Shown here: positions 9,384-17,734 of the stretch, piece by piece | Layout: each line of letters begins with the position of its first letter | Numbering within the stretch: position 1 is the stretch's first letter | The notes under the pieces: model-generated | What the model was told of the DNA's origin: nothing | Database searches by the model: none | What the model saw: only the letters and a program-made list of their open reading frames with translations | Source: Candidatus Yanofskybacteria bacterium | GTDB taxonomy: Bacteria > Patescibacteriota > Minisyncoccia > 2-02-FULL-40-12 > GWA2-44-9 | NCBI GenBank assembly: GCA_020852375.1 | Contig: JADZAY010000003.1 | Span: 6-64,005, forward strand | Reading direction: 5' to 3' | DNA: 64,000 nt | Translations under genes and position numbers: made by a program

Positions 9384-9989
9384 ATGAGCGAATTCGCATC
9401 CGCTCCGTACACTGCCGGGCAGTTGAATGCCATGGTCAAGAAGCTCGTGGAGCTCGCGGGACAGGATGGCCCCAAGAAGCTCTTGTCCGGTGAGCTGGTC
9501 CTCAAGGCGGCCAATCTCCTCCATCTCGTCACCACCAATCCCGTCCCCGCCGTGAAACGCTTCGCCGCCAGCGACCACTTCAAGGTCGGCACTTCCAAGA
9601 AGGCAGCGGTCCGTATCGGCTATCTCGGCGACAACTTCAAGAAGCACTTCCTGGCCAAGGTGGAGGTGAATGTTCCCGCCACCACGCTGGTCTTCTCCAC
9701 GCTCACTCGAAGCTCGCTGGATGCTCCCATTCTCGCTGAGCTGGGCACTCAAGCGCAGACAACCCTGGCCTCCCTCTGGGAGTGCCTGAAAGCTCAGGGT
9801 CACGGCCAGCCGGGCACCCTGCTGACCGATGGTCGATGGAACATCTTCTACATCTCAGACGCCAACGGCAACCCCTGGGCCGTGTGCGCGTCCTGGCACG
9901 TCGGCTACGGCGACTGGCGCGTGTTTGCCTACTCGGTGGACTACCCGGGCGAGTGGGACGGCGGCGGTCGGGTGGTGTCTCGCAAGTAG
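9384..9989 (+). CDS. DGR target (variable) protein; C-terminal variable region
   Basis: The 3' terminal ~112 nt (VR) is a near-copy of the downstream TR, differing only where the TR has A. C-terminus ...WHVGYGDWRVFAYSVDYPGEWDGGGRVVSRK. Confidence 0.8.
   Translation: MSEFASAPYTAGQLNAMVKKLVELAGQDGPKKLLSGELVLKAANLLHLVTTNPVPAVKRFAASDHFKVGTSKKAAVRIGYLGDNFKKHFLAKVEVNVPATTLVFSTLTRSSLDAPILAELGTQAQTTLASLWECLKAQGHGQPGTLLTDGRWNIFYISDANGNPWAVCASWHVGYGDWRVFAYSVDYPGEWDGGGRVVSRK
9873..9986 (+). repeat. DGR variable region (VR)
   Basis: Aligns base-for-base with TR 10281..10394. 17 mismatches, all at TR adenines. One further mismatch in the terminal 6 nt (IMH-like). Confidence 0.85.
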
Positions 9990-10017
9990 GGCTTGGGGGC
10001 TTGATTGCTCAGCCCTC

Positions 10018-10046
10018 GGACCGGTGCGGTTTATCCGCACCGGTCT
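10018..10046 (+). terminator. GC hairpin (11-bp stem, 4-nt loop) plus T-run downstream of VR; terminator and/or DGR homing-associated stem-loop
   Basis: gaccggtgcgg-ttta-tccgcaccggtc followed by tttttatttt. Confidence 0.6.
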
Positions 10047-10280
10047 TTTTATTTTCAGAAGTATTTGATATATTTTCAGCGGATAGTAGGCGAATCTGCC
10101 GGCGGTCACGGCTTCCGGCGGCCGAACTCTAGGCGTGCATACTTAGATGATACCGGAGCCTAAAAAATGAAGATACTTGGTGCGGAGTGCTAGGGCATTC
10201 CACATGCCGAATACGATACAGTCTCAAGAGGCCGGGCAACCGGAACCAAGGGACAGTGGCGCGGACGGCACTTCGTACGC

Positions 10281-10394
10281 ATCTGGGCCGTGTACGCGAA
10301 CTGGAACGTCGACTACGGCGACTGGAACGTGAATGCCAACTCGGTGGACAACCCGAACGAGTGGAACGGCGGCAATCAGGTGGTGTCTCGCCAG
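10281..10394 (+). repeat. DGR template region (TR)
   Basis: Carries AAC-rich codons (AAC TGG AAC GTC GAC TAC GGC GAC TGG AAC GTG AAT GCC AAC ...). 26 adenines, of which 17 are substituted in VR. Confidence 0.85.
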
Positions 10395-10414
10395 TCTCTT
10401 CACACAATAGCCCC

Positions 10415-10750
10415 TTACGGGGTTATTGTTTTCTTTTGCCATCCACCCAACATCCTCCCAATCTCATTGAGTTTTAGTGAAAGGGCGATATACTTCTTAT
10501 CGTTCAATGCTTGGAATTCCCAGCAAATCCGCAGGAAGAACTTGAGTGCATCGAGTGCTGTGGATGCCCGCTTCAAGTATCCGTCCTTTTGTCCGGGTTG
10601 ACGATAGGTCGCCGTGAAGATATTTTCTATGATGACAATAAAAAGCGAATCGATTTTTATTCCGAGACTATGCCGCAATTCTTTGCTGAACTGGAGCCGA
10701 TAGATGTGCCAGATTTTATAGGCGTCAATCAGTTTTTGAATGATTGGCAA
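10415..10750 (-). CDS. avd: Avd-like accessory variability determinant (four-helix-bundle / 23S rRNA IVS protein family)
   Basis: ~110 aa. C-terminal ...LSLKLNEIGRMLGGWQKK resembles the IVS-protein/Avd C-terminus. Located between TR and RT. Confidence 0.65.
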   Translation of the reverse strand: MPIIQKLIDAYKIWHIYRLQFSKELRHSLGIKIDSLFIVIIENIFTATYRQPGQKDGYLKRASTALDALKFFLRICWEFQALNDKKYIALSLKLNEIGRMLGGWQKKTITP

Positions 10751-11729
10751 GGTCTGGTTGGGGGGGGGTCTTCATAGTTTTGATACTATCACTTCCGTCG
10801 AGAACTTGCTCGGTGCATGGCAGGAATTCGTGCGCGGCAAAAAGACCAAGCCCGATGTACAAGAGTTCGGCCTTGGCTTGATGGATGCCATCCTCACTTT
10901 GCATGATGACCTCGTCACCGATTCTTACCACCATAGTCCATATCTCAAATTCCGCATCAATGACCCAAAGCCTCGCGATATAAGTAAGACCATTGTTCGC
11001 GACCGCCTCCTACATCATGCGCTCTACCGAGTGCTTTATCCATTCTTTGACGGGAAGTTCATTGCTGATTCCTATTCTTGCCGAGTCGCCAAGGGGGCGC
11101 ATCGAGCGCTGAACCGGTTCCGCGCCTTTGCCTGCCAGGTCAGCAAAAATCATACCCGTACCTGCTGGGTGCTAACATGTGATATTCGGAAGTTCTTTGC
11201 CAGCATCGATCATGGCATTCTGAACGACATCCTAGAAGCGCACATCTCCGACCCTGATACTCTCGGTCTCTTATCCGAAATCATCGAGAGCTTCTCACCC
11301 GGCTTACCCTTGGGCAACCTCACCTCTCAGCTTCTCGTGAACATCTACATGAATGAGTTCGATCAGTTCGCAAAACGACAACTCAAGACCAAGCACTATA
11401 TCCGCTACGCGGATGACTTTGTATTCTTGCATCAGGACAAGGGTTATTTGGAAGAACTGCTCCCGAGGGTCGGCGCCTTTCTCAGTGAGCGATTGAAGCT
11501 CAATCTGCATCCAAAAAAAGTATCTATCACGACTCTCGCCTCCGGTATCGACTTTCTCGGCTGGGTGCATTTTCCCGACCATCGGGTTCTACGGACAACC
11601 ACGAAACGGCGGATGATTCGGCGGGTTGTTAGCGGTACAACCGACGAACAAGCCGCGTCATATCGCGGCTTGTTGAGTCACGGCAACACCAAGAAACTGA
11701 TTAGTTTGCTTCCTGCTTCGGGAGCTTGA
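10740..11729 (+). CDS. DGR reverse transcriptase
   Basis: RT motifs present, including YADDFVF. The motif-4 residues LPLGNLTSQLL give the DGR-specific [ILV]GxxxSQ signature in place of the group-II QGxxxSP. Start uncertain (possibly TTG ~10758, after a G8-9 homopolymer). Confidence 0.85.
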   Translation: MIGKVWLGGGLHSFDTITSVENLLGAWQEFVRGKKTKPDVQEFGLGLMDAILTLHDDLVTDSYHHSPYLKFRINDPKPRDISKTIVRDRLLHHALYRVLYPFFDGKFIADSYSCRVAKGAHRALNRFRAFACQVSKNHTRTCWVLTCDIRKFFASIDHGILNDILEAHISDPDTLGLLSEIIESFSPGLPLGNLTSQLLVNIYMNEFDQFAKRQLKTKHYIRYADDFVFLHQDKGYLEELLPRVGAFLSERLKLNLHPKKVSITTLASGIDFLGWVHFPDHRVLRTTTKRRMIRRVVSGTTDEQAASYRGLLSHGNTKKLISLLPASGA

Positions 11730-12255
11730 AGAGTTCTTTGAGTTTCGCAAAGTCTGCTTCGAGCAACACCTTCGCGTCCGGGTCGCGGAGCGCGCGCTCG
11801 GGGTGGAACGTCGGGAGCAGGCGGTATCCGCCCAGCGGGAATGTGCGGCCGTGGACGTTTTCCACGGGAATCCGAAGCCCGACACCGTTGAGCGCAAGGT
11901 TGCCGAGCGTGACCACGATCTCCGGGTTCACGGTCCGGATCTCTTCTTTCAGGAAGGTTGCATGGCTTTTGATCTCCTTTGGGGTTGGGAGCTTGTCCTC
12001 TTCCGGACGATACTTTACCACGTTCGTGACATATACCTTGCGGCGGTCGATTCCCGCGTCGCGCAGGAGCTTATTGAGCAGCTTCGCGTGCGGGCCGCCG
12101 AGCGGGGCACCTGCCTTCTCGCCATGGGCGCCAAGCATCTCGCTTACCACTACAACTTTCGCGCCGACAGATCCTTTTCCGAACACGATTTTTCGGCCCT
12201 TGAACTTCTCCTTGAGGGCCTTATTGACCGAAGTGAGTGTCTTCGTGTCGGTCAT
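11701..12255 (-). CDS. Uracil-DNA glycosylase superfamily protein (family 4/5-like)
   Basis: UDG-fold motifs VVVVSEMLG...GAPLGGPHAKLL and C-terminal HP(E) motif. 184 aa. Confidence 0.65.
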   Translation of the reverse strand: MTDTKTLTSVNKALKEKFKGRKIVFGKGSVGAKVVVVSEMLGAHGEKAGAPLGGPHAKLLNKLLRDAGIDRRKVYVTNVVKYRPEEDKLPTPKEIKSHATFLKEEIRTVNPEIVVTLGNLALNGVGLRIPVENVHGRTFPLGGYRLLPTFHPERALRDPDAKVLLEADFAKLKELFKLPKQEAN

Positions 12256-12338
12256 ATGAGTAATGCAATACTACCATGTCAGCGTGGTTTTGGCAAGGTT
12301 TTGCAGGAAACCGGCCATAGGCCGGTTTCCTGATGAGG

Positions 12339-12357
12339 GTGGGCGACGAAGGAATCG
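12339..12357. repeat. 19-bp direct repeat of the tRNA-Ile 3' end (gtgggcgacgaaggaatcg), att-like
   Basis: Identical copy at 12527..12545, inside and just beyond the tRNA-Ile 3' end. Confidence 0.7.
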
Positions 12358-12527
12358 CCCTCGGCTCTCGGCGCGTCGTCACACGCCTCGGCCCTGCCTG
12401 TCGGCAGTCGAGCTGGGCACGGCCTCGCGGCGCCACTCGAGGTGGCGCATCGCTCCGGCCTTCGATTCCCTCGTCTGTTCATAATGCAGACGACACGGAT
12501 GCCAAACGGCATCCGTGTCGTCCCTTG

Positions 12528-12599
12528 TGGGCGACGAAGGAATCGAACCTTCGACCTCTGTCTTATCAGGACAGCGTTCTACCACTGAACTAGTCGCCC
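12528..12599 (-). tRNA. tRNA-Ile (anticodon GAT)
   Basis: The reverse complement folds as GGGCGAC-TA-GTTC..., with anticodon stem CTGTC/GACAG, loop CTGATAA and T-arm GGTTCGATTCC. No CCA is encoded. Confidence 0.85.
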
Positions 12600-12738
12600 A
12601 TAGCTGGGAAATCATAACCCGAAAGCTGGTATTTTGCAACTTTTCTGGTATGCTGGGTGTCTCTGGGCTCATACAGGAATACGTGTGTGCCCGGTGTTCG
12701 AGCGAGCGCAACGCAGTTGCGTTGTCCCGTTCTCATTT

Positions 12739-12812
12739 GGGCCCATAGCTCAGCTGGCTAGAGCGCCTCATTTGCAATGAGGAGGTCACCGGTTCGAATC
12801 CGGTTGGGTCCA
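12739..12812 (+). tRNA. tRNA-Ala (anticodon TGC) with G3:U70 identity pair
   Basis: GGGCCCATAGCTCAGCTGG...CCTCATTTGCAATGAGG...GGTTCGAATCCGGTTGGGTCCA. Confidence 0.9.
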
Positions 12813-12835
12813 CTCTATCGCGGTATCCGTACGCC

Positions 12836-13468
12836 ATGATCTCGCACGACGTCCCCTTTTCATCGCAGTATACCGATCTCGGGGATCATGAATGGCGTGC
12901 CCGCGGGTGCGGCATCACGTCCCTCAAAATGGTGATGGACTTCTGGCACCGCGTCACGGGAAGTCGTTGTGCTACGACTGTCGACGAGCTTCTTGCGCGG
13001 GGGCGGGCGATCGGCGCTTACATCCCGGGGGTTGGGTGGTCTCACCGCGGTCTGGTGAATCTTGCGCGCGAGTACGGCTATGAAGGGTTCAATGCCGATC
13101 ACGCCGAACAGGCCCCCATCCCGAAAGATGCTGCGGAGGCATGGGGTCTTCTGCTCAGTGAGCTTGCTCGCGGACCCGTGCTCGCGAGCGTCTACAGTGG
13201 GCTCGACCCGCACCGCGGCGGCGGGCACATCGTTGTGGTGACGGGTTTTTTTGACGGATTGGTCGCGCTCAATGATCCCGAGGAAATGCATGAGCGTGAA
13301 GGGCGACGCCTCATCGCGCTCGAGGTATTTCTTACCGCGTACAAGAGGCGGTTTATCGTTATCCGACCGGCGGAGGATTCGGCTGTGCACCACCCGACTG
13401 GTTCGGAGGCGACGCCGGGATCGCGGCAGGATTCTTCGGCCTTCGCAGTTTCAGGACGCCGATGGTGA
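12836..13468 (+). CDS. Papain-like cysteine peptidase, C39-like (peptidase_C39_2) domain protein
   Basis: Q...GCGITSL catalytic Cys context and a downstream His. The 3' end overlaps the convergent gene by ~110 nt, so the true stop or frame is uncertain. Confidence 0.55.
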   Translation: MISHDVPFSSQYTDLGDHEWRARGCGITSLKMVMDFWHRVTGSRCATTVDELLARGRAIGAYIPGVGWSHRGLVNLAREYGYEGFNADHAEQAPIPKDAAEAWGLLLSELARGPVLASVYSGLDPHRGGGHIVVVTGFFDGLVALNDPEEMHEREGRRLIALEVFLTAYKRRFIVIRPAEDSAVHHPTGSEATPGSRQDSSAFAVSGRRW

Positions 13469-15026
13469 TACCGATGGCGATCGCAACACTTGCGAGCGCG
13501 TAGGGTGCTGTCGCGCTGACGCGCTCAATGGGCGAGGGCTTGTGGACGCGCACGGTGGTGGGCGGGGCGACCTTTTCGAAGGCCCCGCCATGATTTGCAT
13601 ATACAATAACCCGATATTCACTATCTGGAAGGTCTCGAAGCGTTGCCGTATATTGATCTGCGGGCACAGCAACACTTCTGACGAGGTTCCCGCTCCCATC
13701 GAACACGTCGATGCGATACTCGTTCGTCGGCTGCCCCGGTGCGGCTGGGGGCCATTGGATATTTGGCTGGCCGCCGGTATCGCTGGCTGCCAGCGCTGAA
13801 GGTGTTGGCATCGGTGCTTGGGTCGTCTGCGGAGGGGTGGAGGGCGTCGGTGTCACTGCGAGCTCTTTCGGGGTGAGAATGTTCAGTGTGGTCTTCCCGG
13901 CGTTCCCACTCGCGTCATTCGAAGTAATGGTCGCCCGGAGGTAGGTGTCCGGGGGTAGATTGTTGACGGTAATGTAGTGCTCGAGTTCGAGCGTTGCGTC
14001 GCTGTTCCCCCCGACCGTAATGAGCAGTGGAGTGAGCTGTGCCACGACGGTGCTTGTGGCCGGCTCATTGGTGGTCCACGCGAATGTGGCGCTCGTTGGC
14101 GTCATGGTAACCGTGCGAGCATTCGTGATGATGGGGACTGCTGTATCGGGGGTGGGAGTTGGTGTTGGGCTGGTGGTCGGCGTCGGGGATCCGGTTGGTG
14201 ACGGATTCTGTGTCGGACTCGGGGACGGCTCGGTTCCAGAGATCGTGAATGTTCCGGTTGCCGATGATTGGTTTCCCCAGGAGTCGCGGATCGTCAGGGT
14301 GTACGTGTAGGTTCCTTGTGTGACCGCGAGAGTTGCTGTGCATGTTTGCACGCCGGTGAGGCATGAAGCGTATTGGCCGGTCCAGTCGAGTGAGGCGGTG
14401 TTGTATTCGATGCGGCGGTCAACGGGCTCGTTCGAAGAGAACGCCATGGTCGCTTGCGTCGGGTTTATCTGAGTGATAGTAACCCCGGAGATTTGCGGCG
14501 GGGTCGTCTCGGTGCTCTCGTAGAGAGCATAGAGGAAGCTAAAGCTCGTATCTTCATCGCCGAGGCGGGCGATACCGTTCGTATACGCAGGCAGGGGGGC
14601 GCCGTTGTGAGCGAGGAGTTTCTGTGCGGTCGCATAGTACAGGCGGAGGTGCGGTTCGGTTGCGGTAATGCGCATGCGGTATGCCTGGTTCCCGCTCACT
14701 GCTATTTGCGCGGGGAGCGCCACATGAACACGGGCACCCGTTTCGCTGTCGGCGATCGCCGGGATGGTGATTGCGCGCTCGCCTACCAGTGTTCCGGACG
14801 GATTAAAAAGTGCGAAGGTGGCATCTCCGGGATTACCCGCATTGCTGAGCCAAAGATCCATTCCGCTGAAGTGGTCGTTCAGCGGGAGGAAGACTTCAGA
14901 TGGCGTTTCAGAAGATGCGACGAGAAGGCTCTGGGCGTAGTCGGGGGCGAACTCCGTATAGGGTGCGGCATGCACGATCGATGATAGTGCGTACACGATG
15001 CCAATGATCGCGAGGGTCCATTTCAT
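13359..15026 (-). CDS. Secreted cell-surface protein with FN3-like repeats, PT-rich linkers and C-terminal TM anchor
   Basis: Signal peptide (MKWTLAIIGIVYALSSIVHA), repeated NEP...FAW FN3-like modules, (PT)n linkers and a C-terminal hydrophobic helix plus basic tail. Confidence 0.65.
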   Translation of the reverse strand: MKWTLAIIGIVYALSSIVHAAPYTEFAPDYAQSLLVASSETPSEVFLPLNDHFSGMDLWLSNAGNPGDATFALFNPSGTLVGERAITIPAIADSETGARVHVALPAQIAVSGNQAYRMRITATEPHLRLYYATAQKLLAHNGAPLPAYTNGIARLGDEDTSFSFLYALYESTETTPPQISGVTITQINPTQATMAFSSNEPVDRRIEYNTASLDWTGQYASCLTGVQTCTATLAVTQGTYTYTLTIRDSWGNQSSATGTFTISGTEPSPSPTQNPSPTGSPTPTTSPTPTPTPDTAVPIITNARTVTMTPTSATFAWTTNEPATSTVVAQLTPLLITVGGNSDATLELEHYITVNNLPPDTYLRATITSNDASGNAGKTTLNILTPKELAVTPTPSTPPQTTQAPMPTPSALAASDTGGQPNIQWPPAAPGQPTNEYRIDVFDGSGNLVRSVAVPADQYTATLRDLPDSEYRVIVYANHGGAFEKVAPPTTVRVHKPSPIERVSATAPYALASVAIAIGITIGVLKLRRPKNPAAIPASPPNQSGGAQPNPPPVG

Positions 15027-15091
15027 CAGTATGAGTATACCACGAACAAACCGCGCCTTGTGGGCGCGGTTTGTTTCGAGAACGGGAGGTC

Positions 15092-15547
15092 TTAGCGAGA
15101 GACGGAGATGGTCTCTCCGAGCTCCGCATAGGGTGCCTGTACCGTGATGCGGCCGTTCGCGGCGCGCATGATCTGGTATCCGGTCGATGCCTCGGACGCG
15201 CCCGTGGTCGGGTCTACGACCATCGTGGAGACGTAGTCAGGAACGAGACAGCCGCCCAGGTTCGTGTTGCCTGCCCCAGAGCCGACGATCGTGAATGTCG
15301 ACGGGAGCGAGGAGGGACAGCCGCTGCCGGAGGTCCAGAGACCCCGGTTGTCTGCCATGCGCTGACCGACCGCGTTCAGGATCGTGTTGATGTTGCTCCA
15401 GCGCTGCGTGTTGCGCGCCTGCGCGAACTGACGGGCGGGGTTCAAAGCCACGATGACGACTGCCGCCAAAATGGCGATGATACCGATAACGACAAGGATC
15501 TCGATAAGGGTGAAGCCCTTCGGACTCTTTTTGATGATTCCTTTCAT
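15092..15547 (-). CDS. Type IV pilin (prepilin with N-terminal methylation motif)
   Basis: KGFTLIEILVVIGIIAILAAVVIVAL class-III signal. Start set at ATG 15547 (MKGIIKKSPKGFTLIE). Confidence 0.8.
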   Translation of the reverse strand: MKGIIKKSPKGFTLIEILVVIGIIAILAAVVIVALNPARQFAQARNTQRWSNINTILNAVGQRMADNRGLWTSGSGCPSSLPSTFTIVGSGAGNTNLGGCLVPDYVSTMVVDPTTGASEASTGYQIMRAANGRITVQAPYAELGETISVSR

Positions 15548-15680
15548 GAGGTGGTAATTAGTACACAGATTACGAAGCAGAGTATTGGCTGAGGCGCCAT
15601 GCATGGAGCGACCCAGCGATATCGACCATTCCCTTCTAGTATACCGCACTGCGATCTGAGCGTGGGCTTTTTTATCCACA

Positions 15681-17138
15681 CTACTTCGCCTCGTTCCAAT
15701 AGATAGGAGTGTAGTAGTCCGCAGTGAGTGGGAAGCTGGGCGGGGGGCTATACAGCAGGTTTGCATCGTAGATGATGACGCGATCCTGGTATCCGGTCCC
15801 ATCTGTATAGGCGAATCCGTAGCGCTCACGAGAGCCGATCATGCCGAAACTCGTGATGCGTGTTCGGGTGTGGTAGGGTGAGCAACGATTCAAGCCACCG
15901 CCGGGCGGTCGGTAGTAATAGCGACCGACGCGGCCGTTTTGCGCCATGAGCGCAGCGTCAACACGAAGGTCGGTATCGCTGACCATGCCGATGTTGATGT
16001 TATTTTGCGATATCAGCGCAAGCGTGTCCGAGCCGTCATAGTTGGTGTAGGCAAGGTCGCTTGCGACCGCGATGCTGCTATACGTCGATGGGTTTTCGGG
16101 GAACCTACCCGAGGCGACCGTTACGCGTGCGGTATTGATCTGCCCGCGCACCCAGACGTCATCCTCGAGAAAGATGATGCCATTTGTAGGGAGCGGGAAG
16201 GTGCCAAGACTGGTTCGGGTATTCACCGACCAGGTCCCCCATCCTGACTGGCTGAGGTAGTTCGTGCATCCTGATGGTGGTGTGACGGTCGAGTCAACGC
16301 GATAGAGTGTGAAGGTATCGTTGGTGTTGAAGACGACTTCATACCCGGGCGCAGTGATGCCCGCACGATAGAATCCGTTTGCGATGGCATCGGCTTTCAT
16401 GTTGGCCAGATTCTGTGTCATGCCGACGAAATCTGCCGAGGGGACGCCGAGCTCGCGTCCTGCCATAAAAATGTCCGACCGGGACGGCGGTGGCGCGGGG
16501 GGAGAGCCGACCGGAAGCGGATCGGTAGGGGCTATGTGCGTGTGCACGCCATACTCGACACCGCCGCTATGATCAGGGTCGTCGTAGGTTGTAGTCGAGC
16601 TGGTGACCAGGTTGTGTGAAATGCCGTCCATGCGGATGCCTCCGTTCGAGTGGATCGGGCCATACAATTCGGTTCCGGCGCCGAAGCGGACATTTCCGCC
16701 GATGACCGCTGCGTATTTTGCGAACGACGGTATCGCCATCTTTGCTTCAATGATCTTTGTGATGCCGGGGTTCGCTGCGACGCCTCCGGTCGAGGTGATA
16801 CCAACAACGGTCGATCCGACCGGCGGAGCCGCGATCTCAAGTGAGAACGATCCGACCGGGTTTCCGTCCTTATCGTTGAAGGTGTGCACATAGGGGCCGG
16901 CGCCTCCGGTTCCATCTTGGTAGTCGGTCTGTGCGTGTGCGAGATGCCATCGGTAATACTCGATGCCCGCTTCAGCCGACATGAATGCTTGAGCGCGGTC
17001 GGTGTCTCGAAAGACCGCTCTCATGTTCGCATCAGCCCAGAGGACGAACCCCGAGAGTACGATCAGTGAAACGGCGCTAAAGATGAGCACATACATCGAC
17101 AGCTGCCCAGATTGGTGTGTGCGGGATGTGTTCGTCAT
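15681..17138 (-). CDS. PilX-N-like large pilus-associated protein (minor pilin / tip protein candidate)
   Basis: N-terminal TM and AFMSAEAGIEYYRWHL (PilX_N-like), then a 400-aa Gly/Thr-rich extracellular region. Confidence 0.55.
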   Translation of the reverse strand: MTNTSRTHQSGQLSMYVLIFSAVSLIVLSGFVLWADANMRAVFRDTDRAQAFMSAEAGIEYYRWHLAHAQTDYQDGTGGAGPYVHTFNDKDGNPVGSFSLEIAAPPVGSTVVGITSTGGVAANPGITKIIEAKMAIPSFAKYAAVIGGNVRFGAGTELYGPIHSNGGIRMDGISHNLVTSSTTTYDDPDHSGGVEYGVHTHIAPTDPLPVGSPPAPPPSRSDIFMAGRELGVPSADFVGMTQNLANMKADAIANGFYRAGITAPGYEVVFNTNDTFTLYRVDSTVTPPSGCTNYLSQSGWGTWSVNTRTSLGTFPLPTNGIIFLEDDVWVRGQINTARVTVASGRFPENPSTYSSIAVASDLAYTNYDGSDTLALISQNNINIGMVSDTDLRVDAALMAQNGRVGRYYYRPPGGGLNRCSPYHTRTRITSFGMIGSRERYGFAYTDGTGYQDRVIIYDANLLYSPPPSFPLTADYYTPIYWNEAK

Positions 17139-17734
17139 ATGTCACCTCGTAGATTTCGGATGGTCACGGTGATCGAGAGCGTTGAGGGGAGCGGTGGTTT
17201 TGTCGGGTCCTGATCCGTAGTGCCCGTGATCGTGATCAGGCGGATCTTCGCGACGTCGGTCGGACTCGGGAGCGGTCCGATCTCTGATGGTAGCCCCGCA
17301 GCGTAATAGGTGAATATCGTCCCAGGGACGAGCCAGTGCACAACTTCGCTGGTCACTTCGTTTGCAGGCGGGTACTGCGCCGGCTCAGTTCCCGTTGCCT
17401 CGGTGATGCCTTTCTTGAGCGTTGTGCCATCCAAGAAGTAGCGCACCTGCTCGAACGAGCCGTCGTTGTCGATGTCGCTGAAGAAGGTGAGCGTTGTTCC
17501 CGTTGCGGTGGCGACGGGGTATGCCCCATTCTCCCCTGGACCCATGGAGCGGATCTCGGAGATCATGGCGCGCAGGGTCATGTCGAGTTCGCGCTCGGTT
17601 TCGAGGCGCGTGTTGAGGTCCGTTCCGAAGCCTGAGATGTCGAGCGTAAAGAGCGTCACAAAGCCGAGCGCAAGCGTTGTGAGCGCAATGCCGATCAGGA
17701 GCTCGATGAGGGTAAACCCGCTCGTTCGGTTCAT
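17135..17734 (-). CDS. Minor pilin / pseudopilin (prepilin-type N-terminus)
   Basis: GFTLIELLIGIALTTLAL motif. 4-nt overlap (ATGA) with the upstream gene. Confidence 0.7.
   Translation of the reverse strand: MNRTSGFTLIELLIGIALTTLALGFVTLFTLDISGFGTDLNTRLETERELDMTLRAMISEIRSMGPGENGAYPVATATGTTLTFFSDIDNDGSFEQVRYFLDGTTLKKGITEATGTEPAQYPPANEVTSEVVHWLVPGTIFTYYAAGLPSEIGPLPSPTDVAKIRLITITGTTDQDPTKPPLPSTLSITVTIRNLRGDI

Larger units (their letters stand above)
9873..11729 (+). mobile_element. Diversity-generating retroelement cassette (VR - hairpin - TR - avd(-) - RT)
   Basis: Combination of the features above. Confidence 0.8.

Noticed and set aside
9216-9803. Minus-strand ORFs (195 aa, 147 aa) across the DGR target gene
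   Set aside because: Antisense to the ORF that carries the VR and has a promoter and SD context. No motifs.
10740-11729. Group II intron or retron origin for the reverse transcriptase
   Set aside because: The protein is short (~330 aa) and lacks a maturase/X or endonuclease domain. Its LGxxxSQ motif and the adjacent A-mutagenised repeat pair point to a DGR RT instead.
12333-12711. ORFs 12333..12593(+) and 12379..12711(-)
   Set aside because: They overlap the tRNA-Ile gene and its att-like repeat, and the region is non-coding.
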